Part shown: one piece after another, positions 31,373-41,520 of the stretch | How the letters are laid out: each line of letters opens with the position of its first letter | How positions within the stretch are numbered: position 1 is the stretch's first letter | Translations under genes and position numbers: made by a program | From: an uncultured Gemmatimonadales bacterium | GTDB lineage: Bacteria; Gemmatimonadota; Gemmatimonadetes; Longimicrobiales; RSA9 | Reading direction: 5' to 3' | Assembly: GCA_963816355.1 (NCBI GenBank) | Contig: CAWFKH010000001.1 | Coordinates: 288,001 to 352,000 of the forward strand | DNA: 64,000 nt | Notes under the pieces: generated by a model | Database searches by the model: none | The model's input: only the letters and a program-made list of their open reading frames with translations | What the model was told of the DNA's origin: nothing

Positions 31373-34027
31373 ATGGTCAAGGACGAGCTGGGCATGGAGG
31401 GCGGTGCGGTGGGCGCTGCGGGCAAGGAGCACGCCGGTGACGGATCGGTAGGCGTGGTGCGGGAGGACGTGGTGGGCACGGAGGTGGGGCGGCCTGCGCT
31501 CGCGACGCTGTCGATCCCGGTGACGGGGATGAGCTGTGCGGCGTGCGCGGTGCGGGTGCAGCGCTCGCTGGAGCGGTCGGTGGGTGTGCGGGCGGCGTCG
31601 GTCAATTTCGGCTCGGAGCGGGCGCGGGTGGAGTACGACCCGAGCGCGTCGACGGCGGCGGCGCTGGCGGAGGCGGTACGGGGGGCGGGGTACGGCGTGG
31701 CGACGGCGCCGGTGGTGGTGCAGGTGGAGGGATTGGAATACGCGGCGAGCGGCGCGCCGCTGGAGCGGGCGCTGCGCGCGGTGCCGGGCGTGCTGCGGGC
31801 GGACGTGAATCTGGCCACGTCGCAGGCGCGGGTAGAGCAGATCGCGGGAGTGGGATCGGCGGAGGCGCTGCGGGCGGCGGTGGAGCGGTCGGGATACCGG
31901 CTTGCGGCGCCGGTGGCGACGGCGGATGCGGCGGCGGTCGAGGGGGCGGTGAGGGAGCGGGAGCTGCGTCGCATGGAGCGGCAGTTCGCGTTTTCACTGA
32001 TCGCGACGGTGGTCGCCATGGTGCTGGCGCTGCCGCTCATGGGGAGTGGTGCGGCGCCGGCGGACCTCTTCGAGCGCCTGATGGAGCCGGTGGCGGCGGC
32101 CGCGCGGGTGGCGGCGCCGTGGCTGTTCGCGGTGCCGGCGGGGGTGCTCCGGTGGTCGTTGCTGGCGATGACGACGCCGGTGGTAGCGTGGGCGGGGCGG
32201 CGCTTCTACCGGGGCGCGTGGAGCGGTCTGCTGCACGGCAGCGCGGACATGAACACGCTGGTGGCGGTGGGCACCGGGTCGGCGTTTCTGTACAGCGTCG
32301 TGGTGACCGTCGTGCCGGGGGTGTTCGAGCGGGCGGGGATCGGAGCCGCCGTGTACTACGAGGCGGTGTCGGCGATCATCGCGCTGGTGCTGCTGGGCAA
32401 GATTCTGGAGGCGAAGGCGAAGGGTCGCACGTCGCAGGCGATTCGCAAGCTGGCGGCGCTCGCGCCGCCGACGGCGCGGGTGATTCGGGGAGGCGTCGAA
32501 GAGGACGTCGCGCAGGAGGAGGTGGAGGCGGGGGACGAGGTCGTGGTGCGTCCGGGCGAGCGGGTGCCGGTGGACGGCGAGGTGGTGTGGGGGCGCAGCG
32601 CGGTGGACGAGTCGCTGCTGACGGGTGAGGCGCTGCCGGTGGAGAAGGCGGTGGGGGACGAGGTGGTGGGGGGGACGATCAATGGCAGCGGCGCGTTTCG
32701 TTTCCGGGCGACGCGCGTGGGTGGCGACACGGCGCTCGCGCAGGTGGTGCGTCTGGTGGAGGAGGCGCAGGCGTCGCGCGCGCCGATCCAGCGTCTGGCG
32801 GACCGCATCGCCGGGGTCTTCGTTCCGGTCGTGGTGGCGATCGCGGTGGTGGCGTTCGTCGCGTGGATGCTGTTCGGCCCGGCGCCGTCGCTGCTTTTCG
32901 GACTCGTCTCGTTTGTGACGGTGCTGATCATCGCGTGCCCGTGCGCGATGGGCCTGGCGACGCCGACGGCGATCATGGTCGGGACGGGGGCGGGGGCGGA
33001 GCGGGGCGTGTTGATCAAGGACGCGGCGACGCTCGAGCAGGCGCACCGGGTGACGACGGTGGTGCTGGACAAGACGGGCACGATCACGGAGGGGCGCCCG
33101 GCGGTGGTAGGGGTGGAGGTGGTGGAGGACGTGTCGGATGGCGTCGATCTGCTGCGGCTCGCCGCGTCGCTGGAGCGAGCGAGCGAGCACCCGCTCGGTG
33201 CGGCGATCGTGGCGGCGGCCCGGGCCCGCGGTCTGGAGCTGGAAGAGCCGACGCGGTTCGAGGCGGTGGGTGGTCGCGGCGCGGAGGGCGAGGTGGCGGG
33301 GCGGAGCGTGGTGGTCGGCAACGAGGCGTTCCTGCGCGAGCGCGGCGTCGCGACGGCGGGCGGGCCGGCGGAGGCGGCGGAGCGCTTCGCGGCCGAGGGC
33401 GCGACGCCGGTGTTCGTGGCGGCGGACGGCGTGCTGCTCGGCGTGGTCGGCGTCGCGGATCCGGTGAAGGCGACGAGCGCGGCGGCGGTCGCGGAGCTGC
33501 GCCGGCTGGGGCTCGAGGTGGTGATGCTGACGGGCGACCGCCGGCGCACGGCGGAGGCGGTCGCCGCGCGCGTCGGCGTCGACCGCGTGGTGGCGGAGGT
33601 GCTGCCTGCGGACAAGGCGAGGGAGGTGAAGCGGCTGCAGGCGGAAGGGTGCGTCGTCGCGATGGTGGGCGATGGGATCAACGACGCGCCCGCGCTGGCG
33701 CAGGCGGACGTCGGCGTTGCGATCGGGACCGGTGCCGACGTGGCGCTGGAGGCTTCGGACGTGACGCTGGTCGGCGGGGACCTGGGCGGCGTGGCGGTGG
33801 CGCTGCGCCTGTCGCGGCGAACGGTCCGCGTGATCCGGCAGAACTTCTTCTGGGCGCTCGTCTACAACGCGATCGGCATTCCGATCGCCGCGGGCGTCCT
33901 CTACCCGTTCTTCGGGATCCTGCTGTCGCCGGTGATCGGCAGCGCGGCGATGGCGTTCAGCTCGGTCAGCGTCGTGCTCAACTCGCTGCGACTGAGGCAC
34001 GCCGCACCGCGGCCGACGTCGGCGTGA
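31373..34027 (+). CDS. copA: Copper-translocating P1B-1 ATPase
   Basis: [39 protein letters not shown] and MAFSS. The second N-terminal HMA domain lacks CxxC. Confidence 0.95.
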   Translation: MVKDELGMEGGAVGAAGKEHAGDGSVGVVREDVVGTEVGRPALATLSIPVTGMSCAACAVRVQRSLERSVGVRAASVNFGSERARVEYDPSASTAAALAEAVRGAGYGVATAPVVVQVEGLEYAASGAPLERALRAVPGVLRADVNLATSQARVEQIAGVGSAEALRAAVERSGYRLAAPVATADAAAVEGAVRERELRRMERQFAFSLIATVVAMVLALPLMGSGAAPADLFERLMEPVAAAARVAAPWLFAVPAGVLRWSLLAMTTPVVAWAGRRFYRGAWSGLLHGSADMNTLVAVGTGSAFLYSVVVTVVPGVFERAGIGAAVYYEAVSAIIALVLLGKILEAKAKGRTSQAIRKLAALAPPTARVIRGGVEEDVAQEEVEAGDEVVVRPGERVPVDGEVVWGRSAVDESLLTGEALPVEKAVGDEVVGGTINGSGAFRFRATRVGGDTALAQVVRLVEEAQASRAPIQRLADRIAGVFVPVVVAIAVVAFVAWMLFGPAPSLLFGLVSFVTVLIIACPCAMGLATPTAIMVGTGAGAERGVLIKDAATLEQAHRVTTVVLDKTGTITEGRPAVVGVEVVEDVSDGVDLLRLAASLERASEHPLGAAIVAAARARGLELEEPTRFEAVGGRGAEGEVAGRSVVVGNEAFLRERGVATAGGPAEAAERFAAEGATPVFVAADGVLLGVVGVADPVKATSAAAVAELRRLGLEVVMLTGDRRRTAEAVAARVGVDRVVAEVLPADKAREVKRLQAEGCVVAMVGDGINDAPALAQADVGVAIGTGADVALEASDVTLVGGDLGGVAVALRLSRRTVRVIRQNFFWALVYNAIGIPIAAGVLYPFFGILLSPVIGSAAMAFSSVSVVLNSLRLRHAAPRPTSA

Positions 34028-34071
34028 ACGGTGATGGAATCGAGGGGGTCGGGATGCGTGATGGAGGCGAG

Positions 34072-34287
34072 ATGACGACGACCACGTTGAAGGTCCAGGG
34101 CATGAGCTGCGAGCACTGCGCCCACGCCGTGACGAGCGCGCTGCAGTCGATCGACGGCGTGCGGACGGCACGCGTCGACCTGCAGGCGGGACGCGCGGTG
34201 ATCGAATACGACGAGAGCCGCGCGGACGTCGCGCGCATGGTCGCCGCGGTCGTCGACGAAGGCTACACGGCCGAAGCGATGTCCTGA
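34072..34287 (+). CDS. copZ: Copper chaperone CopZ (HMA domain)
   Basis: LKVQGMSCEHC...GY. The RBS is GGAGG. Confidence 0.92.
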   Translation: MTTTTLKVQGMSCEHCAHAVTSALQSIDGVRTARVDLQAGRAVIEYDESRADVARMVAAVVDEGYTAEAMS

Positions 34288-34404
34288 AGCGGGGCGGCGT
34301 GACGCGGCGCGACTCCTGCATGAGGCGGGCGCGGCGGCACCGTGCCGCCCCTCGCCGGAGACGCCGGCGATGCCGACCCGGACTCGCACGAAGCGCCGAT
34401 CACG

Positions 34405-36708
34405 GTGAGGACTCGCTGGCCTCTTCGCGCGGGGCGACGCCTCGCCGTTCCGCTGCCGGGCGCGGCCCTCCCGGTCGTGCTCGCCGCGTGGGCGGCGTAC
34501 GCGCCCCCCGCGCGCGGGGCGGGCGCCGGTCCGCCGGCGGAGGCCGGGTCCGTCGTGGCCGGTGGGCCGCGGATCTCCTCGATCTCGACGCGGCCGTATC
34601 TTCCCCGCGACAGCACCTCCCCCGAGGTCCGCTCGATCGTCTTCCCGGGTGCGCACGCGCTGGACCGGTCGCAGCTGAAGGCCGCGATCGCGACGAAGGC
34701 GACGCGCTGCAAGTCGGTCCTCTTTACGCCGGTCTGCCTGCTCGGTCTGGGGATCGCGCAGCGGCACGAGTACCTCGATCGCGCGGAGCTTCCACGCGAC
34801 GTCGAGCGGCTGGAGACGCTCTACGAGGCGTGGGGTTATCCGGACGCGGAGGTCACGGCGCGCGTCGTGCCGCCGGACGGCCGCGCGGTGAGCGTCCGCT
34901 TCGACATCGACGAGGGCGCACCGATCGTCGTGGACAGCGTCGCCGTGATCCGGCTCGACACCCTTCAGCCACCGGTGAGCCTGCCGCGGCGGCTGCCGCT
35001 GTCGGCAGGCGACCCGTACGCGTTGCCGCGTCTGCAGGCCACCGAGACGGCGGTGCGGAGCGCGTACGCGGAGCGCGGCCACCCCGGCGCGAGCGTGGAG
35101 ATCGGCGGCTCGCTCGACGAGGCGGCGCGGCGCGCCACGGTGGTGCTGCGCGTGAGCCCGGGCCCGGCGGCGGTGTTCGGGCCGGTCCGGGTGCGGACGG
35201 AGCCGCCGATCTCGGAGAAGGTGGTGCGGGGCCAGCTCGAGTTCGCGCCGGGGGAGCCGTACCGCGCGTCTGCGCTCGACGATTCGGAGGCGAGACTCTA
35301 CGCGATGCCGATCGTCGAGCGGGCGGTCGTGCACGCGCCGGCGGTGCCGGGTGACAGCGTCGTCGCCGTGGACGTGGCGGTGGCGTCGCGGCCGCGGACG
35401 GGCACCGCGCTGCAGGGGACGCTATCGAGCACGGACTGCCTGGAGCTGACGGCCGCGTGGCAGGACCGCTGGTTTCTGGGCGCGCCGCGGATCTTCACGA
35501 TGGGTGTGGGCGTGTCGAACGTGCTCGCCGGCCCGCTCGGTGGGTCGTTCCCCTGCTCGTCGACCGGCGAGGGGATCTACGCGCGGCCCAACTACTTCGC
35601 GCGCGCCGGCCTGGTCGAACCGCTCGCCGGCGCGAGCGCGACGACGTTGATGCTCTCCGGCTACTACAGCCGCCAGTCGGCGCCGGGCGCGTTCGTTCAG
35701 CGCGGCTGGGGCGCGCAGGTGGGAGTGGGGCGTCGCCTGGCGCCCGGGCTGCACGGCTCCATCGCCTACACGTTCGAGCGCGACCGCCTCGATGCCGCGG
35801 AGATCTACTACTGTGGCAACTACGGCGTATGCGACGCCCCCTCGATCGACCGGCTCGAGGGGCCCAGCCGCTTCGCGCCGCTCGGGCTGCTCGCGACGTG
35901 GGACCGCCCCGCGCGCCCTGCTCCGCTGCGCCGCGACAAGTTGCCGCCGTGGGCACTGCGCGCGGAGCCGTGGCGGTTCCACGCCAGCGGCGGCGTCGAG
36001 GCAGCCGGGCCTGCCCTCGGCTCCACGTACCGCTTCGAGCGCGTGCTCCTGGAGGGTGTGGCGAAACGTGCGCTGGGCGAAACCGGCAGCGGCGAGATCG
36101 CGGCCCGCGTGCGCTGGGGCGGGCTGTTCGCGCGCGGCGATGTCGTCCCGCCGCAGGCGCGCATCTACAGCGGCGGTCCGAGCACCGTGCGCGGCGCCGC
36201 GCAGAACCTGCTCGGGCCGCTCGTGCTTCTCGCGACGTCCGAAGATGCGACCGCGATCGGCTGCGACACCGCCGCCGCGACGTGCCCGGCGGATGCGGCG
36301 GCCGACCCGCGCACCGCGATCGTGCGCGCCATCGGCGGCGAGCGGCTGCTGGAGGCGAACGTCGAGGCGCGCTGGTTCGCCCGGCCGAAGCTGGAGCTCG
36401 CCGCGTTCGTCGACTACGGCCGCCTCGGACCCGGGCCCTCCCCGGCCGCGCTGCCGGGGATCGACGCGGCGCAGATGGTGTCACCGGGCGTCGGTCTCCG
36501 CATCATGTCGGACATGGGGCCGATCCGCGTCGACGTCGCCTACGACGCCACCGGCCCCCGGCGGCTGCCGCTCGTGGTTTCCGGCCGCGACGGCGTCACG
36601 CCGTTCGGGACCGTCCTCTACCGGCCGTTCGCGTACGGCAATGCGGGAGGGTTTCACCGCTTCCTGCGCCGGCTCCAGCTCCAGGTGGCCGTGGGTGAGG
36701 CGTTCTGA
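34405..36708 (+). CDS. Omp85 family protein (TamA/BamA-like: POTRA repeats and beta-barrel)
   Basis: POTRA-like segments (LYEAWGY.DA.V, Y.ERGH), YSGG.STVRG, E.R, FVDYG, GVGLR...GPIRVD.AY and C-terminal VGEAF. The start is uncertain (34342 or 34405). Confidence 0.88.
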   Translation: MRTRWPLRAGRRLAVPLPGAALPVVLAAWAAYAPPARGAGAGPPAEAGSVVAGGPRISSISTRPYLPRDSTSPEVRSIVFPGAHALDRSQLKAAIATKATRCKSVLFTPVCLLGLGIAQRHEYLDRAELPRDVERLETLYEAWGYPDAEVTARVVPPDGRAVSVRFDIDEGAPIVVDSVAVIRLDTLQPPVSLPRRLPLSAGDPYALPRLQATETAVRSAYAERGHPGASVEIGGSLDEAARRATVVLRVSPGPAAVFGPVRVRTEPPISEKVVRGQLEFAPGEPYRASALDDSEARLYAMPIVERAVVHAPAVPGDSVVAVDVAVASRPRTGTALQGTLSSTDCLELTAAWQDRWFLGAPRIFTMGVGVSNVLAGPLGGSFPCSSTGEGIYARPNYFARAGLVEPLAGASATTLMLSGYYSRQSAPGAFVQRGWGAQVGVGRRLAPGLHGSIAYTFERDRLDAAEIYYCGNYGVCDAPSIDRLEGPSRFAPLGLLATWDRPARPAPLRRDKLPPWALRAEPWRFHASGGVEAAGPALGSTYRFERVLLEGVAKRALGETGSGEIAARVRWGGLFARGDVVPPQARIYSGGPSTVRGAAQNLLGPLVLLATSEDATAIGCDTAAATCPADAAADPRTAIVRAIGGERLLEANVEARWFARPKLELAAFVDYGRLGPGPSPAALPGIDAAQMVSPGVGLRIMSDMGPIRVDVAYDATGPRRLPLVVSGRDGVTPFGTVLYRPFAYGNAGGFHRFLRRLQLQVAVGEAF

Positions 36709-39700
36709 TGCGGTCGCCTCGGGAGGCCCCGTGGTCCGCGCTCGCCCGCGCGCCCGGCCTGCCGCGCCCCGCGGCGCGAGTCCTGGCGCTCGGCCTCGCC
36801 GGGGCCCTCGTGGCCTGCGGCGGCGAGGGCTCCCCGATCTCCAGCAGCATACCCCAGCTCCGCGAGCTGCCGGAGCTCGTCCCGGCCGACGTGCCGCCCG
36901 CCTCGCGCGTCACGATCCGCATGGGCGACGTCGCCTACCGAACGAAGGGCGCGCGCGTCACCGCGCGGCGCGTCGAAGCGGTGCTTCGCGTGCCACGCTC
37001 TTCGGCCGCCCGTGCCCTCGACGCGGTGCGCCTGGAAATCGACCGGCCGACGGTCACGCTGCCGCCGGCGCGGCCGGAGCACGGCGGCGGCGGGAGCGCG
37101 GCGCCGGGAGCGGCGGAGGGCGCGGCGATCCGCCGGCGTGTCGCGGCGAGCGACCGGGGGCGCACGGCGCTCGACCGAGCGGCCGCCGCCATCGCGGAGC
37201 TCGACCTGCCCCGGTTCGACCCTTCCCTGCTCTTCCGGCCGCTCACCTCGCTGCCGGTGACGATCGAGCGGCTGCGCGTCCGCGGCGGCATCGTGTCGCG
37301 GCCCGCGTCGCGCGTCGCGGCCCGCCCTTCCGGTTGGAGCGTGGAGGGGATCGAAGTGGAGGGGCGCGACATCCGTCTGGGACCGGCGCCGGACCGGCGC
37401 TTCCGCCTGACCGCGTCCGCGGCGTCGCTCGAGGCGGGCGGGCGGCCGCTTCCCCTGCGCGAGATGCGCGCGACCACGACGCTGCAGAACGGACGCCTGG
37501 ACGCGAACGCGGTGGCGGCACTGGCGGCGTCGCGCGCGTCGATCGACGCGCGGGCCACGCGCGCGGCCGGCTGGTCTGCCACGCTCCGCGCGGACACGTT
37601 CACGCTCGCGGACCTCCGCAGCATCGACCCGCGCCTCGCCACGGCGCGGGGCTCGCGCGTGGCGCGCGGTTCGCGCGCGGCACGGGACTCGCTCGTGGCG
37701 CATGGCGCGACGCGCCGAGCGGGCGTGAGCGGATCCCTGCTCGCCCACGCCGCCGGCTCCGCCGACTCGACCCGCGTCACCGTGGACCGGCTGGCGCTCG
37801 CCACGGACTCGTCCGCGGTGCGGGTGGAAGGCGCGGCCGTCCAGCGGGCCGCGGGAGGCGTCTTCCTGGACGACCTCACGGTGGCCCTCGCGCCGCTGGC
37901 CGGGGCGGACCTCCGTGCGTTCGCCGGCCGCGGCTTGCCGCGCGGCGGCTGCCTGACCGGCGGCGTGCGCGCCGCCGGTCCTCTGCGCGGCGACGTGCGG
38001 GTGGTGGGGGAGGTGTGGGAGTCGCCGTCGGCGGACAGCGCGGCGCCGAGCCGGCTCGACCTCGCGGGGACCATCCACCTCGCGGAACAGGCGCGCGTCG
38101 ACCTGCGCATCGCCGCCGATCCGCTCCACGTCGCCGACACGGCCTTCGCGGTCGCGCTGAGCGCGGCGGGGCCGCTCGACGCCGTGCGCCTGGACGGCCG
38201 CGCGGGCCTGCTGCGTGCCGCACCCGCGCGGACCGCGCGCCGCGCGACGACGCTCGGGCCCCGATCCGCCGGGAGCGACGCGGCGGCGATCCCGTTCGAT
38301 GGCGTCGCGGCGGACGTGCGTCCGCCGGAGAGCCCCGCCGCCATCGCCGCGCGCACCCGTTTCGCGGCGGCGATACAGGGCACGGTCGGCCTGGCGGCGA
38401 AGGCGCCGCTCGACGTGGGGGTGCGCCTGGATTCGCTGCCCGCGGCGGCGCTCGTCGAGATGGCGATGCCGCCGCGGCAGGTCGAGCGCGTCGAGGGCGG
38501 CGTGAGCGGCGAAGCGCGCGTGAGCGGGACGCTGTCGAAGCCTCGGCTCGGTGCGCGCGTCGCGATCCGGGGCGTGGGCGCGTACGTCGTACCGGCCGGG
38601 ATCCACATCCACGACGTGGACGGGCGGCTCACGTTGAGCGACGGCGAGATCCGCGTCGACACGCTGGCGGGCCGCGTCGGCGAAGGGCGCTTCGCCCTCT
38701 CCGGCGGCGCGTCGCTGGCGGGAGCGCGCACACTCGCCCTCCACCTGCGTGCCGACTCCGTGCCCGCGATCGCGCGCGACAGCACCCGCGTCGTCCTCTC
38801 GGCCGACGTCGCCGTGGCGGGGACGGTGAAGCGGCCGCGCGTATCGGGCCGCGCGGTCGTGCTCTCCGGGCGCGTGCACGAGGACACGTTCAAGCCGTCC
38901 ACGACGATCGACCTGCAGGATCCGCCGTACGCGGCGCTCGCGGCGCGCGCGCCCTGGATCGGCCACTCGCGGCTGCTGCGGGCGTCGCCGGACACGGCCT
39001 CGCCGCTGCCGCTCGACCTCGACCTCGAGCTCGGGATCCACTCCGATTTCAAGATCTGGGACGAGGACTCGCTCACCGGCTCCGAGGGCGCGATCCACCT
39101 GACCACGGAGCCGGATGGGCTGCACGTCGTCGGGACGGCGGCCGTGGTCGACGGCTTCTACGAGTTCTACGGCAAGCGCTTCGACGTGGTGGGCGGGGCG
39201 TTCGACTTCCCCCCGGGCGGAGGCCTCGAGCCGCGCGTGGCGATCCTCGCGACCTACGACGTCCCGCCGTCGCTCGGCCGTGACGCGGCGGCGGTCGTCG
39301 CCGAGGCCGACTACCCGCCCGTGCAGTTCCTCGCCCGCGGCACCGGGCACGACGAGGAGCAGGAGATCCGCTGGCCGACGCTGCTGCCGCGGACGCGGGC
39401 GGAGCGGGGCGCGTTCCTGCTCTACGGCGACGATCCGGGGCCCGTCACCGGCTGGCGCCCCGACGCCTTCTACCTGCCCGCCGCCCCCGCCGGCTTCGTC
39501 GACGGCCGCTCGGAGAACCAGCTCGTCAACCTGTTCTGGAGCTACGCCGCCGACGAAGGCTACGACTACATTCCGATCGACTACGGCGTCCTGCGCGGCG
39601 GCTGGATCCGCGTCGGCAGCCACTACCCCGCGCCGTTCGTCGTGGGACCGATGATGCGCGGCTCCGTCCGCCTCGGGGACGCCGGCTGGCTCCTGGTTTC

Positions 39701-39881
39701 CGAGCCGCTCCAGGGCGACGCGGCGCCCGGGCTCCGCCTGCGCCACCGCGCCGCGGGCGGCGAGATCGACCTCTTCGACGAGCCCCGCTTCTTCGCGGCG
39801 CCGATCGCGGGCGTCGGGGACGCCGGCTTCTTCACGCGCCGTCGATACGGCATGGGCGTGCGCTGGCAGTGGAACTTCTGA
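36708..39881 (+). CDS. TamB/AsmA-like translocation and assembly module protein
   Basis: Start overlaps the Omp85 stop. It has a lipobox-like LVAC, beta-strand-rich repeats, VSGTL.KP.L, G.Y.FYGKRF.V..G and a terminal W.WNF. Confidence 0.78.
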   Translation: MRSPREAPWSALARAPGLPRPAARVLALGLAGALVACGGEGSPISSSIPQLRELPELVPADVPPASRVTIRMGDVAYRTKGARVTARRVEAVLRVPRSSAARALDAVRLEIDRPTVTLPPARPEHGGGGSAAPGAAEGAAIRRRVAASDRGRTALDRAAAAIAELDLPRFDPSLLFRPLTSLPVTIERLRVRGGIVSRPASRVAARPSGWSVEGIEVEGRDIRLGPAPDRRFRLTASAASLEAGGRPLPLREMRATTTLQNGRLDANAVAALAASRASIDARATRAAGWSATLRADTFTLADLRSIDPRLATARGSRVARGSRAARDSLVAHGATRRAGVSGSLLAHAAGSADSTRVTVDRLALATDSSAVRVEGAAVQRAAGGVFLDDLTVALAPLAGADLRAFAGRGLPRGGCLTGGVRAAGPLRGDVRVVGEVWESPSADSAAPSRLDLAGTIHLAEQARVDLRIAADPLHVADTAFAVALSAAGPLDAVRLDGRAGLLRAAPARTARRATTLGPRSAGSDAAAIPFDGVAADVRPPESPAAIAARTRFAAAIQGTVGLAAKAPLDVGVRLDSLPAAALVEMAMPPRQVERVEGGVSGEARVSGTLSKPRLGARVAIRGVGAYVVPAGIHIHDVDGRLTLSDGEIRVDTLAGRVGEGRFALSGGASLAGARTLALHLRADSVPAIARDSTRVVLSADVAVAGTVKRPRVSGRAVVLSGRVHEDTFKPSTTIDLQDPPYAALAARAPWIGHSRLLRASPDTASPLPLDLDLELGIHSDFKIWDEDSLTGSEGAIHLTTEPDGLHVVGTAAVVDGFYEFYGKRFDVVGGAFDFPPGGGLEPRVAILATYDVPPSLGRDAAAVVAEADYPPVQFLARGTGHDEEQEIRWPTLLPRTRAERGAFLLYGDDPGPVTGWRPDAFYLPAAPAGFVDGRSENQLVNLFWSYAADEGYDYIPIDYGVLRGGWIRVGSHYPAPFVVGPMMRGSVRLGDAGWLLVSEPLQGDAAPGLRLRHRAAGGEIDLFDEPRFFAAPIAGVGDAGFFTRRRYGMGVRWQWNF

Positions 39882-39927
39882 GGCGCGTCTCCGCGGCCCC
39901 CGAACGAGCTGCGGAGGCGCGCTCCCG

Positions 39928-40149
39928 TCAGCCGCCGAGCTCGGCAGCGAAGCCGGCGCCGCGTACGGTCGCGAGCAGCTCGTCGATCAGCGCCTCGTCG
40001 TCCTCGTAATCGACGCTGGCACAGGCCTCTGCACGGTCGGCGACGACGCCGTAGACGCCCCGGACCCGGCGCAGCGCCTGCTCCACGGTTGCCTCGTCGT
40101 CCACCCCACGCATCCCCTGGATGCAGATCTTCAGCGTGGGCACGGTCAA
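39928..40149 (-). CDS. HMA-fold small protein lacking CxxC
   Basis: L.I.GM...(RGVDD)...VE.AL..V.GV...V.Y......L...V..AGF pattern. Coupled to the upstream gene, with RBS GGAGGAGG. Confidence 0.7.
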   Translation of the reverse strand: MTVPTLKICIQGMRGVDDEATVEQALRRVRGVYGVVADRAEACASVDYEDDEALIDELLATVRGAGFAAELGG

Positions 40150-41180
40150 CCTCCTCCGCCGAGGTAGATGTAGCCGTCGGCGACGTCGTCCAGGACGTAG
40201 CCGCGCGGCAGGATCTCGAGCTCGAGGCCGGCGCTCGCCCGCGTCGCGATCGGGTCCGGCATGAACGCGAACGCCCGCGTCACCGGCACCGCGAGGGTGC
40301 CGCGCCGGCCGAGCCGCGCCTCGATGAGCGGATGGAGGCGCGTCCCGCCGTACGCCGCCACCCGCGCCACCGCGCCCGGCCGCGTCGCCGCGTCGGGCAG
40401 GAGCGTGGCGACCTCGCGGCCGTACTCTGTGACAAGGCGCGCGCCGAGCCAGCGCATGGCGATGCGCTCTCCTCCGCCGATGCGCAGCTCACCGCGGCCG
40501 CCGCGCAGCGCATGATAGCCGCCCACGACCACCAGCACGCGCGCCCGCGGCGTCCGGCTCAGGATCACGTCGTCCAGCGTCGCCGCCATGTGTTCGTCGC
40601 GCGAAGCGAAGCGCCGCGCCGATGCCTCGAGCGACAGCGCGTCGCGCGGCGGCCAGTCCGGCCGGTCGATCGCCACAATGCGGATCCGCCGCGCCGCGTC
40701 GCGCGACGCGTTGATGCGCCACACCGCGCGATACAGTTCCAGGAACGCCTGCTGCGTGCCCCATTGCGGCGCCAGCGCGCGCGGGCTCGCCAGCAGGATG
40801 CCCACGTCTTCCGGCACCGTGCCGAGATAGCGGTCGATCATCGGCTGCAGGTCCGACCCCACCTCGAGGGCCACCGCATCCAGACCCGGACCGGCCGCAA
40901 GCGACTCGGTCACCCGGACCGCGAGCCGCTGGGTCGCCGGCGAGCCTGCGATGTCGCCGAGCAGCACGATCCGGTGCGTCCGCGCGAGATCCGCCGCGAG
41001 ATCCGCCGCGCCCACGCCGCGCTCCTCGACCTCCCGCGCCAGCGCGTCCGCCTCCCTGCCTCCCGCGTGCCGTCCGAGGAGCGCGATACCGGCGACGGCG
41101 ATCGCGATCACGGCCACCGTGAGGCCGCCGCGGACACCCCACCGCCAGCGGCGCCGGCTGCGGTACATCGTGCGTCTCAT
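40146..41180 (-). CDS. ChaN/erythromycin-esterase (TraB/EreA superfamily)-like exported protein
   Basis: N-terminal TM segment, IVLLGD, VALEV, RDEHMA and VLVVVGGYH. Confidence 0.55.
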   Translation of the reverse strand: MRRTMYRSRRRWRWGVRGGLTVAVIAIAVAGIALLGRHAGGREADALAREVEERGVGAADLAADLARTHRIVLLGDIAGSPATQRLAVRVTESLAAGPGLDAVALEVGSDLQPMIDRYLGTVPEDVGILLASPRALAPQWGTQQAFLELYRAVWRINASRDAARRIRIVAIDRPDWPPRDALSLEASARRFASRDEHMAATLDDVILSRTPRARVLVVVGGYHALRGGRGELRIGGGERIAMRWLGARLVTEYGREVATLLPDAATRPGAVARVAAYGGTRLHPLIEARLGRRGTLAVPVTRAFAFMPDPIATRASAGLELEILPRGYVLDDVADGYIYLGGGG

Positions 41181-41255
41181 GCGCCGCGGCGGGCGTTGCC
41201 CGGATGCCCCAAGTCCCTTATCTTCAAAGGCCTATACCCTGAAGGAGGAGCGTCT

Positions 41256-41447
41256 ATGGACGACAGTGTGGCACGCGATGCGAAGCGGCTGCTCCTGCGC
41301 TACGGGGCTCCGATCGCCATCGTCGACAAGCTTTCCGACGACGACCGCATCACGTACGCCCGATCGATCGTCCGGACCTCGCTCAGCGAGCGGCCGGCGC
41401 GCCTCAAGAAGCTGCTCGCCGAAGGGGGCTGGACCAACGCGCGCTGA
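41256..41447 (+). CDS. Small hypothetical protein (63 aa)
   Basis: Strong RBS AAGGAGGAG, then MDDSVARDAKRLLLRYGAPIA... with typical codon usage. Confidence 0.75.
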   Translation: MDDSVARDAKRLLLRYGAPIAIVDKLSDDDRITYARSIVRTSLSERPARLKKLLAEGGWTNAR

Positions 41448-41520
41448 CGACCCCGGTCCGGAGTCGCCGCCCCGCAGCGCCGAGGCGGCGATTTTTTCGT
41501 CCCGCCGCCTCGGTGTCGCG

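Noticed and set aside
41205..41240. AT-richer imperfect dyad AAGTCCCTT...AAAGGCCT as a dif or IHF site
   Set aside because: Poor match to the XerC/XerD and IHF consensus; probably part of a divergent promoter.
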